Shown: piece after piece, positions 1 through 8,330 of the stretch | Numbering within the stretch: position 1 is the first letter of the stretch | How the letters are laid out: every line of letters starts with the position of its first letter | From: a virus | Taxonomy: Duplodnaviria; Caudoviricetes | Reading direction: 5' to 3' (one strand) | DNA length: 41,012 nt | IMG/VR virus record: IMGVR_UViG_3300037070_000655 | Coordinates: 1 to 41,012 of that record | The notes under the pieces: generated by a model | The model's input: only the letters and a program-made list of their open reading frames with translations | Told to the model about the DNA's origin: nothing | Database searches by the model: none | Translations under genes and position numbers: made by a program

Positions 1-146
1 TTGCCAAGCATGGCGGTGCCGATGTCGACCGGATCAATTGGGTGTCTGTCGTCGCTGCGGTGCAACGCATCGTGCAGGAGTGGAACGCTGCGCGGCGTGA
101 GGCACTCTATCTAGAGCAGCCAGCGACGCCGATCACAATCCAGTGA
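1..146 (+). CDS. 3' end of a hypothetical protein entering from the left edge
   Basis: Open frame from nt 3 (AKHGGADVDRINWVSVVAAVQRIVQEWNAARREALYLEQPATPITIQ) to TGA at 144-146; no start in the window. Confidence 0.35.
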   Translation, partial: AKHGGADVDRINWVSVVAAVQRIVQEWNAARREALYLEQPATPITIQ

Positions 147-240
147 GGGGGGCGTGGGTGGCGGGGGGAGCCGGCTTTCGAGTGACGGGGGTTACCCCCC
201 TATACCTCCACACCCTCGCAAACGCGCCAGCCAGAAATCC

Positions 241-341
241 AAATTCCGAAATTTTTTGAGCCCAAATTCCGAATTTTTTTGATCTGAAATTCCGAATTTT
301 TTTGATCCCAAATTCCGAAATTTTTTGACCTAAAATTTCCC
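241..341. repeat. Four tandem 23-bp AT-rich repeats plus a degenerate partial fifth; candidate packaging or protein-binding site
   Basis: Units at 241, 264, 287, 310: AAATTCCGAAATTTTTTGAGCCC / AAATTCCGAATTTTTTTGATCTG / AAATTCCGAATTTTTTTGATCCC / AAATTCCGAAATTTTTTGACCTA, then AAATTTCCC at 333. Confidence 0.95.
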
Positions 342-344
342 TCT

Positions 345-671
345 GTGAAAATCCTCCCCTTCGTCGCCAAGCGCAAAAAGCGCACACCGCCCGACCACGT
401 CGCAGGAGAGTTGATTCAGCTTGAGGACCACAAGCCGCACTACAGCGGACTGGCGCGCTGCCTGCAATGCAAGCACGAGTGGATGGCAGTTGCGCCTGCG
501 GTGAGCGCGTACCTGCAGTGCCCGAAATGCGATCTGCACCACGGCGTGTATGTCGGTTTGCATCACCGCAGCGAGCCCCACTGGAACTGCAAGTGCGGCA
601 ACGGGCTGTTCGCGGTGACGCCGAACGGGGCATACTGTCCACACTGCGACACTGACCAAGCCCTGCCGTGA
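345..671 (+). CDS. Small Cys-rich zinc-ribbon phage protein
   Basis: CLQC, CPKC, CKCG and CPHC motifs; stop overlaps the terS start (GTGA); real start may be the in-frame TTG at 411 after GGAGAG. Confidence 0.7.
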   Translation: MKILPFVAKRKKRTPPDHVAGELIQLEDHKPHYSGLARCLQCKHEWMAVAPAVSAYLQCPKCDLHHGVYVGLHHRSEPHWNCKCGNGLFAVTPNGAYCPHCDTDQALP

Positions 672-1360
672 GCGTACAACTCGCCAGAACGAATCACGAT
701 CTTTTCCTGCACGAGTACATCGCGCGGGGCGCACGTCTCTCCCTCGCGGGGGCTGCCGCAGAGGCAGCGGGCCTGGAGCCACGCTCCGCACAGTCCACGC
801 TGGCTCTGCCGCACGTCAAGGCAAGGTTGCAGCAGATGCTGCTGGAGCACTTCGGCGAGTTGGAGATCACCGCCAAGCGCACCTTCGAGGAAATCGCGCG
901 CATCGCTTTCAGTGATCCGGCAGAGTTGTTCGACGAGAACGGCGACATGCTGCCGCTGCACAAGATGACGCCGTCCCAGCGCGCGGCGATCGCCAGCATC
1001 GACTTCGAGACCGTCCTGCGTGGCCGCGGGAACGCCGCCATGCCGGTGACTACCGTCAAGATCAAGTTGTGGGACAAGCCGGGGGCGCTGAAGGTGCTGG
1101 CGCAGCACTACAAGATCATCAACGACGACAAGGAAGGGCTCAACGCGCTGGCCGGCGAGTTGGCCGTGCAGTTGCGCGCGGGGCGCGAGCGGGCTCAGAC
1201 GGCACGGCGGGCTCCCACCCCGATCACCCCCCTCACCTCGGTCGTCGATACCTCCCTCACCGCTGTCGAGGACGCGCGCATAATCCCGCCCGTCAACCCC
1301 GCTACCTCTGCTACCTCTGCCACCCCCGTCAAGGAGACCGAGCATGAACAGATCTGGTAA
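668..1360 (+). CDS. terS: Terminase small subunit
   Basis: EEIARIAFSDPAELFDENG...KIKLWDKPGALKVLAQHY matches the common Terminase_2-type TerS; lies upstream of terL. Confidence 0.88.
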   Translation: MSVQLARTNHDLFLHEYIARGARLSLAGAAAEAAGLEPRSAQSTLALPHVKARLQQMLLEHFGELEITAKRTFEEIARIAFSDPAELFDENGDMLPLHKMTPSQRAAIASIDFETVLRGRGNAAMPVTTVKIKLWDKPGALKVLAQHYKIINDDKEGLNALAGELAVQLRAGRERAQTARRAPTPITPLTSVVDTSLTAVEDARIIPPVNPATSATSATPVKETEHEQIW

Positions 1361-1586
1361 CTCCACTGGCCCGCGCTGGGCGACCGACCCCGCGTGCTTC
1401 CGCGCGCTGGCCACGGGCAGCGCCATCGGCGGCGTGTCGATCGGCTCGGCCAACCAGATCGAGGCGGCTGGCGAGGTGCGCAAGGCGCGCGTCATCCGCA
1501 CCGCGGAGAGCCGCAGCACCGTCGACATGGCCCCGGTCGACGAGGGTCTCGCGCCGTACGCACCGACCAATCGGGTGTGGCGGTGA
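1344..1586 (+). CDS. Hypothetical protein (80 aa)
   Basis: Strong SD AAGGAG before the ATG; stop overlaps the next GTG. Confidence 0.65.
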   Translation: MNRSGNSTGPRWATDPACFRALATGSAIGGVSIGSANQIEAAGEVRKARVIRTAESRSTVDMAPVDEGLAPYAPTNRVWR

Positions 1587-1729
1587 TCGGCACCGCGTTC
1601 CTGATCGCAGCACTCGTGCTGTTCATCCTGGCCACCGTCGGCGTGCCCAGCCCGCCCCGGTTCCAGCTACTGGCCGCAGGGCTCGCCTGCTGGGTGGCGG
1701 CGTCACTGGTCGGGCCGCTGTCGCGATGA
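1583..1729 (+). CDS. Small membrane protein (48 aa, two hydrophobic segments)
   Basis: GTGA coupling at 1583; MIGTAFLIAALVLFILATVGVPSPPRFQLLAAGLACWVAASLVGPLSR. Confidence 0.7.
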   Translation: MIGTAFLIAALVLFILATVGVPSPPRFQLLAAGLACWVAASLVGPLSR

Positions 1730-1842
1730 GCGCGTGGACGGCTTGGTGGATTGCCATGGGGGTCTTCACGGCCCCTGTGGTCCTGTTCGTCGTGGATGTG
1801 TGGGGTCCACCGAAGTCGCTGAAGCCGCCACCGAAGGACTGA
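1726..1842 (+). CDS. Small membrane peptide (38 aa), below the ORF-track cutoff
   Basis: ATGA coupling at 1726; MSAWTAWWIAMGVFTAPVVLFVVDVWGPPKSLKPPPKD. Confidence 0.55.
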   Translation: MSAWTAWWIAMGVFTAPVVLFVVDVWGPPKSLKPPPKD

Positions 1843-1847
1843 CACCC

Positions 1848-1931
1848 ATGTTCTGGGTGGAAGCGGCTGTCATCTTCGTCGGGATCCTCGCGATCCCGGT
1901 GATCATCGTGCTCATCGAGCGGTGGTGGTAG
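1848..1931 (+). CDS. Small membrane peptide (27 aa)
   Basis: AAGGA upstream of ATG 1848; MFWVEAAVIFVGILAIPVIIVLIERWW; fills the gap up to the next gene. Confidence 0.5.
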   Translation: MFWVEAAVIFVGILAIPVIIVLIERWW

Positions 1932-1932
1932 C

Positions 1933-2214
1933 GTGCCGCTGATCAGCAAGGACGGGCGCGGCCTGACCGACAAGGCCGGCGTTCCGATGCTTGAGCAGAA
2001 GTCGGGCAAGCCGTACGCCTTCTTCACCGACGTCGAGATGTCGGACAGGTCCATGCGCAAGCTGGCGCTGGCGCTGGCCGGCGCGCACGCCGTGATCGTC
2101 AGCGAGGATGGCGTAGCCGTTGCCCACCACCTCTCTCAGTGGTTGTGCGCTGAAGCCGAGATGATCTGCTTCATGCTGCGCCTGCGCGACCCGACGTGGC
2201 CGCTGAGATGCTGA
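1933..2214 (+). CDS. Hypothetical protein (93 aa)
   Basis: GC3-rich codons; packed between the peptide genes and terL. Confidence 0.65.
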   Translation: MPLISKDGRGLTDKAGVPMLEQKSGKPYAFFTDVEMSDRSMRKLALALAGAHAVIVSEDGVAVAHHLSQWLCAEAEMICFMLRLRDPTWPLRC

Positions 2215-3710
2215 ACCGCGCAGTCGTCAGCCCAGGGCTCACCCAGCTATTCGAGGATCTGTCGCGCTACGCGGACGACCCGCTGGGGTTCGTCATGTGG
2301 GCGTTCCCGTGGGGTGTCAAGGGCACGTCGCTGGAGAACCGCTCCGGACCCGAGCCGTGGCAGCGCGAGCAGTTGCACCGGCTAGCACTGCGGCTGCAGG
2401 ACGCGAACGGGGAAGGTGTCGTCATCGAGGAAGACGTCGCCAGCGGCCACGGGATCGGCAAGTCAGCCGAGGTGGCGTGGCTGATCCTGTGGGCGATCTC
2501 GACGTTCGAGGACACCCGTGGCGTGGTGACGGCGAACACGGAAGGGCAGTTGAAGACCAAGACCTGGGCCGAGCTTGGGAAATGGCACCAGTTGTTCGTG
2601 GCCAGGGATCTGTTCACCCTGACCGCCACCGCGATCTACGCCGCCGATTCGGAAGCCAAGGCCAAGACTTGGCGCATCGATATGATTCCCTGGACGAGGG
2701 AAAAGAGCGAAGCTTTCGCTGGATTACACAACCAGGGCAAGCGAATCATCGTCATTTTTGACGAAGCGGCGGCGATCGACGACCAGATCTATGAGGTGAC
2801 CGAGGGCGCGCTCACCGACGCTCAGACCGAGATCCTCTGGATGCGCTACGGCAACCCGACCCGCACCACGGGCAGGTTCTTCCAGAACTGCGTGCGCCCC
2901 CGCCGCAACCACTTCACCCGCGTCGACAGCCGCACGATCAGCTTCACGAACAAGGGGCAGCTTGCTGCCTGGGTCGAAGAGTACGGGGAGGACAGCGACT
3001 TTGTACGTGTGCGCGTGCGAGGTGAGTTCCCGCGCGCCGGCTACAGCAACTTCATCAGCCCGGAACTGGTCACCGCCTCGCGCAAGCGTGGGCGCGAGGG
3101 CATGCCCCCCGTCACCGCTTATCAAGCCTTCCAGAAGGTGCTGGCAATTGACCCAGCCCGATTCGGCGACGACTTCTCCGTAATCACATTGCGGCAGGGG
3201 CTGAAGGTCCACTGGCAACTCAGCCTGTCGGGGTTCGACGGACCGGATCTCGCGGGGCGGGTGTTCGAACTCATCCGCAGCCACACCAATGTCTCCTGCA
3301 TCGTGTATGACGCAATCGGCAACGGTGCCGACCTCGATAGCGCGCTGAAGCGCCTGCCGCGGTTGAATGTACCTCTGATACCCGTGATGTGGGGCCAGCC
3401 TGCCAAGGACGAGAAGCAGTATTTCAATCAGCGTGCCGAGTGCTGGGGCCGCATGCGCGACTGGCTGGCCAACGGGGCGATCCCCGATGACGACGATCTC
3501 GACATGCAACTGACGTCGCTGGACTACGGTCACGATGCGCGGTTTCGCATCCAGCTTCAGAGCAAGAAGGACATCAAGAAGAACGGCGGCAAGTCACCCG
3601 ACAAGGCCGACTCGCTTGCACTCAGCTTCGTGCCTGAACTGATCGACCGCAAGATCACGACGGCGCGCGTGCGCCCGGTGCAGCGCCGGACCGTGGTGTG
3701 GTCCCGGTGA
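2196..3710 (+). CDS. terL: Terminase large subunit
   Basis: Walker A SGHGIGKS, Walker B IIVIFDEA, coupling motif GNP, RNase H-like LAIDPARFGDD and SPDKADSL; alternative ATG at 2208. Confidence 0.95.
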   Translation: MAAEMLNRAVVSPGLTQLFEDLSRYADDPLGFVMWAFPWGVKGTSLENRSGPEPWQREQLHRLALRLQDANGEGVVIEEDVASGHGIGKSAEVAWLILWAISTFEDTRGVVTANTEGQLKTKTWAELGKWHQLFVARDLFTLTATAIYAADSEAKAKTWRIDMIPWTREKSEAFAGLHNQGKRIIVIFDEAAAIDDQIYEVTEGALTDAQTEILWMRYGNPTRTTGRFFQNCVRPRRNHFTRVDSRTISFTNKGQLAAWVEEYGEDSDFVRVRVRGEFPRAGYSNFISPELVTASRKRGREGMPPVTAYQAFQKVLAIDPARFGDDFSVITLRQGLKVHWQLSLSGFDGPDLAGRVFELIRSHTNVSCIVYDAIGNGADLDSALKRLPRLNVPLIPVMWGQPAKDEKQYFNQRAECWGRMRDWLANGAIPDDDDLDMQLTSLDYGHDARFRIQLQSKKDIKKNGGKSPDKADSLALSFVPELIDRKITTARVRPVQRRTVVWSR

Positions 3711-3721
3711 TACACTGAGGC

Positions 3722-3794
3722 ACCGCGCCTGCATCGCGGTTTCCATGGTTTGACCTCCTTGAGCGCCCCGGCAACCCCTGGGGCGTTTTCTTTT
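3722..3794 (+). ncRNA. Candidate 3'-UTR-derived anti-RBS small RNA
   Basis: Hairpin ACCGCG/CGCGGT (3722-3740), unpaired TTCCATGGTTTGACCTCCTT (anti-AUG plus anti-SD), then an intrinsic terminator. Confidence 0.4.
3763..3794 (+). terminator. Rho-independent terminator after terL
   Basis: Stem GCGCCCCGG / CTGGGGCGT (two G-U pairs), 6-nt loop, followed by TTTCTTTT. Confidence 0.85.
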
Positions 3795-3860
3795 GTGCAG
3801 CGCAATAGAGTGTCGTCCAGACGGGATTACGTTGACACTGTTGCATAATCGGCCCCCAAG

Positions 3861-6275
3861 ATGGCCGTGCCGCAGACACCCCCGCCGCGATCGTTTGGGT
3901 TCAACCCACCCCGCACGGGAGGCAATGCCACCCCCACCGCTGCTGGCGGTGGTGCCTCTGCGATGTCGCAGACCGGGCAGGCACAGGGACCGCGGGGCCT
4001 GAACCCGCAGGCGCCCGCCACGCCGATGGCCAACGGGAACACGGGTGCACGCGACTACCCGCTGGTGCGCCGGCTGAACCTGCAGCAGGTGCTGCAGCGC
4101 GACGAGCCCCCGCCGCCCGAGGTGCAGGACATCCCCGAGGAGTTCGACAACGAACTCTCTGGGCACGTGCGGCTGTCCTGGCAGCGCAACAAGCTGGCCA
4201 AGGAGCGCGTCGACCAGAAGCTGCTGCGCTGCCTGCGCGCACGACGCGGCGTGTACTCGCCGCAAGAACTCAACGACATGCAGCAGACGTCGGGCGGCAT
4301 CAACATCGTGTGGGCGCCGCTCACCGAGGTGAAGTGCCGCGCCGGCTCAGCCTGGACACGTGACGTGGTCCTGCCGGTTGGGGAGCAGCCGTGGGGTCTG
4401 GAGAGCACGCCGGTTCCGGATATCCCGATGCCGATGAAGGTGCAGATCGTCAAGAAGGCGGTCGTGCAGGCGCAACAGACGATGAAGCAGATCGCCGACG
4501 CGGGCGGCGGCGTGATGGAAGAGGAAGAGTTCAAGGAACTCGCTGTCGCGCTGGGCGACAAGCTGCGCGAGGAAGCGGAGTCGACGATCAAGAAGATCTC
4601 CGACAAGCGCACCGAGCGCATGCAGACCACGATCGCGGACCGGCTCGCAGAGGGCAATTTCTACACCGCGATGGACGCGTTCATCGAGGACTTCACGACC
4701 TACCCGTCAGCCATCCTCAAAGGCCCGATCTACAAGCGCAACAAGGTGCTGAAGTGGGGCACGGGCTGGAAGCCCGAGGTGGTGAATCACGCAGTGCAGT
4801 GGTGGGACCGCGTCTCGCCGTTCGACTGCTACCCCGGTCCCGGCACGAGCAGCCCGCAGCAGGGCGAGTTCATCGAGCGCATCCGCTTCCAGCGCACCGA
4901 GCTATACGACCTCAAGGGGCTCGACGGCTGGCGCGATGATCAGATCGACGGCGCGCTGAAGGACTACAGCGCCGGCCACCTCGAAGGCTGGCTGTGGACG
5001 GAAAGCGAGCGCCAGCGGCTTGAGCAGGAGACGATGTACCTGTTCCTGTCACCCAACGGCATCATCGATGCACTGAACTACTGGGGCCGCATCCCAGGCT
5101 GGAAGCTGATGACCTGGGGTGTCCCCGGCATCGAGAACGAGACCCAGGAGTACGAAGCCAACGTCGTCGTGTGCGGCAGCTACGTGCTCTACGCGGCGCT
5201 GAACCCGAACCCGCTCGGGCGCCGCCCGTACCGCAAGGCGTGCTACGACGAGATCTCCGGTGCGTTCTGGGGCCGCTCGGTGCCCGACCTTGCGGAGACT
5301 CCGCAGAAGATGTGCAACGGCGTCGCGTGCGCGGTGGCCGACAACCTTGGCCAAGCCAGCGGGCCGCAAGTGTGGGTGCACGTCGACCGTCTCGCTGATG
5401 GCGAGCAGTCGATGGAGCAGGCACCGTGGAAGGTGTGGCAGTTGAAGAGCGATCCGACGCAGGGTGTGAACCCAGGCATCGGGTTCTTCCAGCCGCCGAG
5501 CAACTCGCCCGAGTTGATGGCGCTGTACGAGAAGTGGGAGATCCGCGCCGATGACGCGACGGGCATCCCGCGCTACACGTACGGCAACGAGCGCGCGGGC
5601 GGCAGCGCCGACACCGCCACCGGCCTGCAGATCCTGATGAGCAACGCAGCCAAGGGGTTGCGGCGCGGCATCTCGAACATCGACGCCAACGTGATCGAGC
5701 AGACGATCTACGACACGTTCGTCAACGAGATGCTCTACAACCCGGACGAGTCGATCAAGGGCGACTGCCGCGTGGTGCCGCGTGGTGCCGCGATGATCCT
5801 GATCCGCGAGAGCGCGCAGCAGCGCCGCATCCAGTTCCTCGGCATGACCGCCAACCCGATCGACGCCGCGATCATCACGCCGAAGTACCGCGCCGCACTG
5901 CTGCGTGAGACCGCGGCTGCGATGGAACTGCCGGTCGACGAGTGTGTGCCGTCCGACGAAGCGATCGACGAGCAGCAGGCCCAGCAGATGGAGATGCAGA
6001 AGGCGCAGGCCGCTGCACTCGTGCAGGCCGAGCAGACACGCGCCGACGGCGAACTCAAGATCGAGATGATGAAAGAGCAGGCTGTTGCCGACCGTGAGAA
6101 GGAAGGCAAGACCGCCGACATCATCGGCAACATCGTCCAGAAGGCCATCGAGCAAGCGTTCGCGGCCAAGGATGCAAAAGCCGAGGGCGAGAAGAAGGCT
6201 GCCAAGAAGGTCGTGAAACACAAGTACGACGAGCAAGGCAATCTCGCTTCGAGTGAAGTGGAAACTGGAGCCTGA
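3861..6275 (+). CDS. Portal protein
   Basis: 804 aa directly after terL; podoviral portal-like segments (FWGRSVPDLAETPQKMCNG, ADDATGIPRYTYG, TATGLQILM) and a Q/E-rich C-terminal helix. Confidence 0.85.
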   Translation: MAVPQTPPPRSFGFNPPRTGGNATPTAAGGGASAMSQTGQAQGPRGLNPQAPATPMANGNTGARDYPLVRRLNLQQVLQRDEPPPPEVQDIPEEFDNELSGHVRLSWQRNKLAKERVDQKLLRCLRARRGVYSPQELNDMQQTSGGINIVWAPLTEVKCRAGSAWTRDVVLPVGEQPWGLESTPVPDIPMPMKVQIVKKAVVQAQQTMKQIADAGGGVMEEEEFKELAVALGDKLREEAESTIKKISDKRTERMQTTIADRLAEGNFYTAMDAFIEDFTTYPSAILKGPIYKRNKVLKWGTGWKPEVVNHAVQWWDRVSPFDCYPGPGTSSPQQGEFIERIRFQRTELYDLKGLDGWRDDQIDGALKDYSAGHLEGWLWTESERQRLEQETMYLFLSPNGIIDALNYWGRIPGWKLMTWGVPGIENETQEYEANVVVCGSYVLYAALNPNPLGRRPYRKACYDEISGAFWGRSVPDLAETPQKMCNGVACAVADNLGQASGPQVWVHVDRLADGEQSMEQAPWKVWQLKSDPTQGVNPGIGFFQPPSNSPELMALYEKWEIRADDATGIPRYTYGNERAGGSADTATGLQILMSNAAKGLRRGISNIDANVIEQTIYDTFVNEMLYNPDESIKGDCRVVPRGAAMILIRESAQQRRIQFLGMTANPIDAAIITPKYRAALLRETAAAMELPVDECVPSDEAIDEQQAQQMEMQKAQAAALVQAEQTRADGELKIEMMKEQAVADREKEGKTADIIGNIVQKAIEQAFAAKDAKAEGEKKAAKKVVKHKYDEQGNLASSEVETGA

Positions 6276-6276
6276 C

Positions 6277-6714
6277 ATGCCCACCTCAGCGTTTTTCAAG
6301 TTCTTCGACTACGTCGAACAGGTGAACAAAGCCGTCCACAACTGGTCGACGCACACCTTCAAGATGGCGCTGACCAACACGGCGCCCAACGACGGCATGA
6401 CCGTGCTGGCCGACATCACGCAGATCGCGGCCACTGGCGGCTACACCGCGGGCGCGGGCGGTGGCTACACGCTGGACACGGTGACGCTCACCGAGTCCAA
6501 CGGCGAGGCGAAGGTCACGATCGCCGACGAGGTGATCACTGCCTCGGGCGGCAATGTCGGACCGTTCCGGTATCTGGTGGTCTACAACGACACCGCGTCG
6601 TCACCCGCCGATGCGCTGTGCTTCTACTTCGATTACGGCTCAGCGATCACCCTGGCTGACACCGAAACGCTCACCTCGGACTTCCCGGCTGGTGGCGTGT
6701 GGACGATGCAGTAA
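6277..6714 (+). CDS. Putative virion structural (decoration or fibre-base) protein
   Basis: GGAG SD then ATG 6277; FKMALTNTAP...GGYTAG...TASGGNVGPFRYLVVYND...DYGSAITL pattern typical of phage structural modules. Confidence 0.65.
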   Translation: MPTSAFFKFFDYVEQVNKAVHNWSTHTFKMALTNTAPNDGMTVLADITQIAATGGYTAGAGGGYTLDTVTLTESNGEAKVTIADEVITASGGNVGPFRYLVVYNDTASSPADALCFYFDYGSAITLADTETLTSDFPAGGVWTMQ

Positions 6715-6726
6715 TTGGAGAACAGC

Positions 6727-7005
6727 ATGGTCAAAGTCTCTCAATCCAAGAAGCTCCTGCTCGATCACTACTGGGAGTTGTGCGCCAAGCGTGATGCGGT
6801 CTACGAGAAGACCAAAGGGCTGCAGGAACAACTCGACGAACTCGTCAACGAGGGCGAGCGCCTGCGCGTGCTCGCGATGGACAAGAAGGGCGATATCGAA
6901 GCCGAACGCGACGGTCCGGCGTGGCTGGACCTGAAGAAGGAGATCGCCGGCTTGGCTGCGGCGCTGCGCTTCACGCCGAAACCCGGCACCTACGAAACCG
7001 AGTGA
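6727..7005 (+). CDS. Hypothetical coiled-coil protein
   Basis: GGAG SD, ATG 6727; charged helical sequence. Confidence 0.7.
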   Translation: MVKVSQSKKLLLDHYWELCAKRDAVYEKTKGLQEQLDELVNEGERLRVLAMDKKGDIEAERDGPAWLDLKKEIAGLAAALRFTPKPGTYETE

Positions 7006-7008
7006 CCC

Positions 7009-7812
7009 ATGCTCGTCGGTAGCAGCACCAGCCATCTGCTGCGTGTCATCACGTCGGCGTCGACCGACATCGAAGTTACCGCCTCGGTGATCGCTGTCAG
7101 CACGGCCACACCGCCCGTGGTCGACGGCGCGCAGTTGCTGCCTCTCATCATCGCCAGCATCACCGGCACGACCACGACGACGATCGTCACGGGTGCTGCG
7201 TCGCTGATCAAGCGCGTCATGGAGATGACGCTGCGCAACAACCACGCCAGCACAAGCTGCGACGTGACGATCACGCGCGAGGACGGCACCAGCACCAACA
7301 CGGTGGTCAAGGTCACGCTGCTGGCCGGCGAGTGGCTCACCTACAACGGAGCAAGCTCCTGGCTGCACTACGACAGCAACGGTGGCCTGTACCCAAGCGT
7401 CGGCAACTCGGCGACGCAAGCCGAGATGGAAGCGGGCACCTCGACGAGCAAGTACGTCACTCCACAGGGTATCAACTGGCACCCTGGCGCTGCGAAGGCG
7501 TGGGCCAAGCACGCGGTATCGGCCGGCGTGCCGCAGATGACGGTCTCGTGGAACGTGACCTCGGTGACCGACAGCGCGGTGTGTCGCGTCGCGCCGGTGA
7601 TTGCCACCGACTTCAGCAGCGCGAACTATGCGATCACGTATGGGTTTGAAGCCAACACCACGACTTACAGCGCAACAACGACCGCGCTGATCCAGTGTGT
7701 GCGCAACGCCACGCAGGCGGTTGGCGGCTTCACGATGGACCTCGTGGAAATCGACATCGGCCAGACCACAGACCCCGCGTCGTGGTACTGGGTTGCGTAC
7801 GGAGACCAGTGA
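7009..7812 (+). CDS. Thr/Ser-rich fibre-like structural protein
   Basis: ATQAEMEAG...YVTP fibre motif followed by AKAWAK...WNVTSVTD...DFSSANYA, resembling fibre C-terminal domains. Confidence 0.6.
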   Translation: MLVGSSTSHLLRVITSASTDIEVTASVIAVSTATPPVVDGAQLLPLIIASITGTTTTTIVTGAASLIKRVMEMTLRNNHASTSCDVTITREDGTSTNTVVKVTLLAGEWLTYNGASSWLHYDSNGGLYPSVGNSATQAEMEAGTSTSKYVTPQGINWHPGAAKAWAKHAVSAGVPQMTVSWNVTSVTDSAVCRVAPVIATDFSSANYAITYGFEANTTTYSATTTALIQCVRNATQAVGGFTMDLVEIDIGQTTDPASWYWVAYGDQ

Positions 7813-8330
7813 TGTTCAGCATGTTCAAGCTCGAACAAATCAGCATCGCACTCAGCCGCAAGGACGGTGGCGTGTCGATCATGGCGTTCCTCACCGTAGG
7901 TCGAGGCAGCGTGCTGCCGTTCGGCGCGCAGTGGCTCGAAGATGGTTGGTGGGTGCGTCCCCCAACCGATGCCAACATCAGCAACGAAATCCGCGCGATC
8001 CCTGAAGGTCCAGACATCGTGTCGTGGGTTGTGATCACCCCGGACCAGATCCCGAGCGGGGACCGCACGTACCGTGACGCCTGGACCCTCAACGGCAAGA
8101 TGATCGAGCACGACATGGTCAAGGCGCGTGAAGTGCACCGTGGTCGCGTCCGCAAGGCCCGCGCCGCAGCGTTGAAAACCTTGGACGGGGAGTGGATGCG
8201 CGCCATCGGTCAAAGCCAGCAGATCGTGGCCGATGAAGTCGAGCGCAAGCGCAAGGCGTGGCGTGATGCGCCCACCGACCCGCGAATCGACGCAGCACAG
8301 ACAGTCGGCGACCTGAAGGCACTGTCGTGA
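7812..8330 (+). CDS. Putative fibre assembly chaperone
   Basis: TGATG coupling; IPSGDRTYRDAW...DMVKAREVHR...LDGEWMRA...WRDAPTDPRIDAAQTVGDLK resembles chaperone-like genes that follow fibres. Confidence 0.5.
   Translation: MFSMFKLEQISIALSRKDGGVSIMAFLTVGRGSVLPFGAQWLEDGWWVRPPTDANISNEIRAIPEGPDIVSWVVITPDQIPSGDRTYRDAWTLNGKMIEHDMVKAREVHRGRVRKARAAALKTLDGEWMRAIGQSQQIVADEVERKRKAWRDAPTDPRIDAAQTVGDLKALS

Noticed and set aside
241-341. 23-bp repeats as a CRISPR array or as coding repeats (ORFs 133..642 and 200..385 on -)
   Set aside because: The repeats are contiguous with no spacers and no cas genes are present; the minus ORFs merely translate the repeat
1301-1324. GCTACCTCT tandem repeat at the end of terS
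   Set aside because: Only about 2.5 copies encoding ATSATSAT in a low-complexity tail
563-1570. Long antisense ORFs (also 5049..6299, 21805..22692, 27042..28517 and others)
   Set aside because: They shadow well-supported genes on the opposite strand, as expected from stop-codon scarcity in GC-rich DNA, and show no recognisable motifs
3594-3760. Minus-strand 50-aa ORF with a perfect AAGGAGG SD
   Set aside because: It runs antisense into terL, has no visible promoter and a nondescript product; kept only as the alternative reading of the sRNA finding
3832-3849. TTGACA plus CATAAT as a standard sigma70 promoter
   Set aside because: The spacer is only 6 nt
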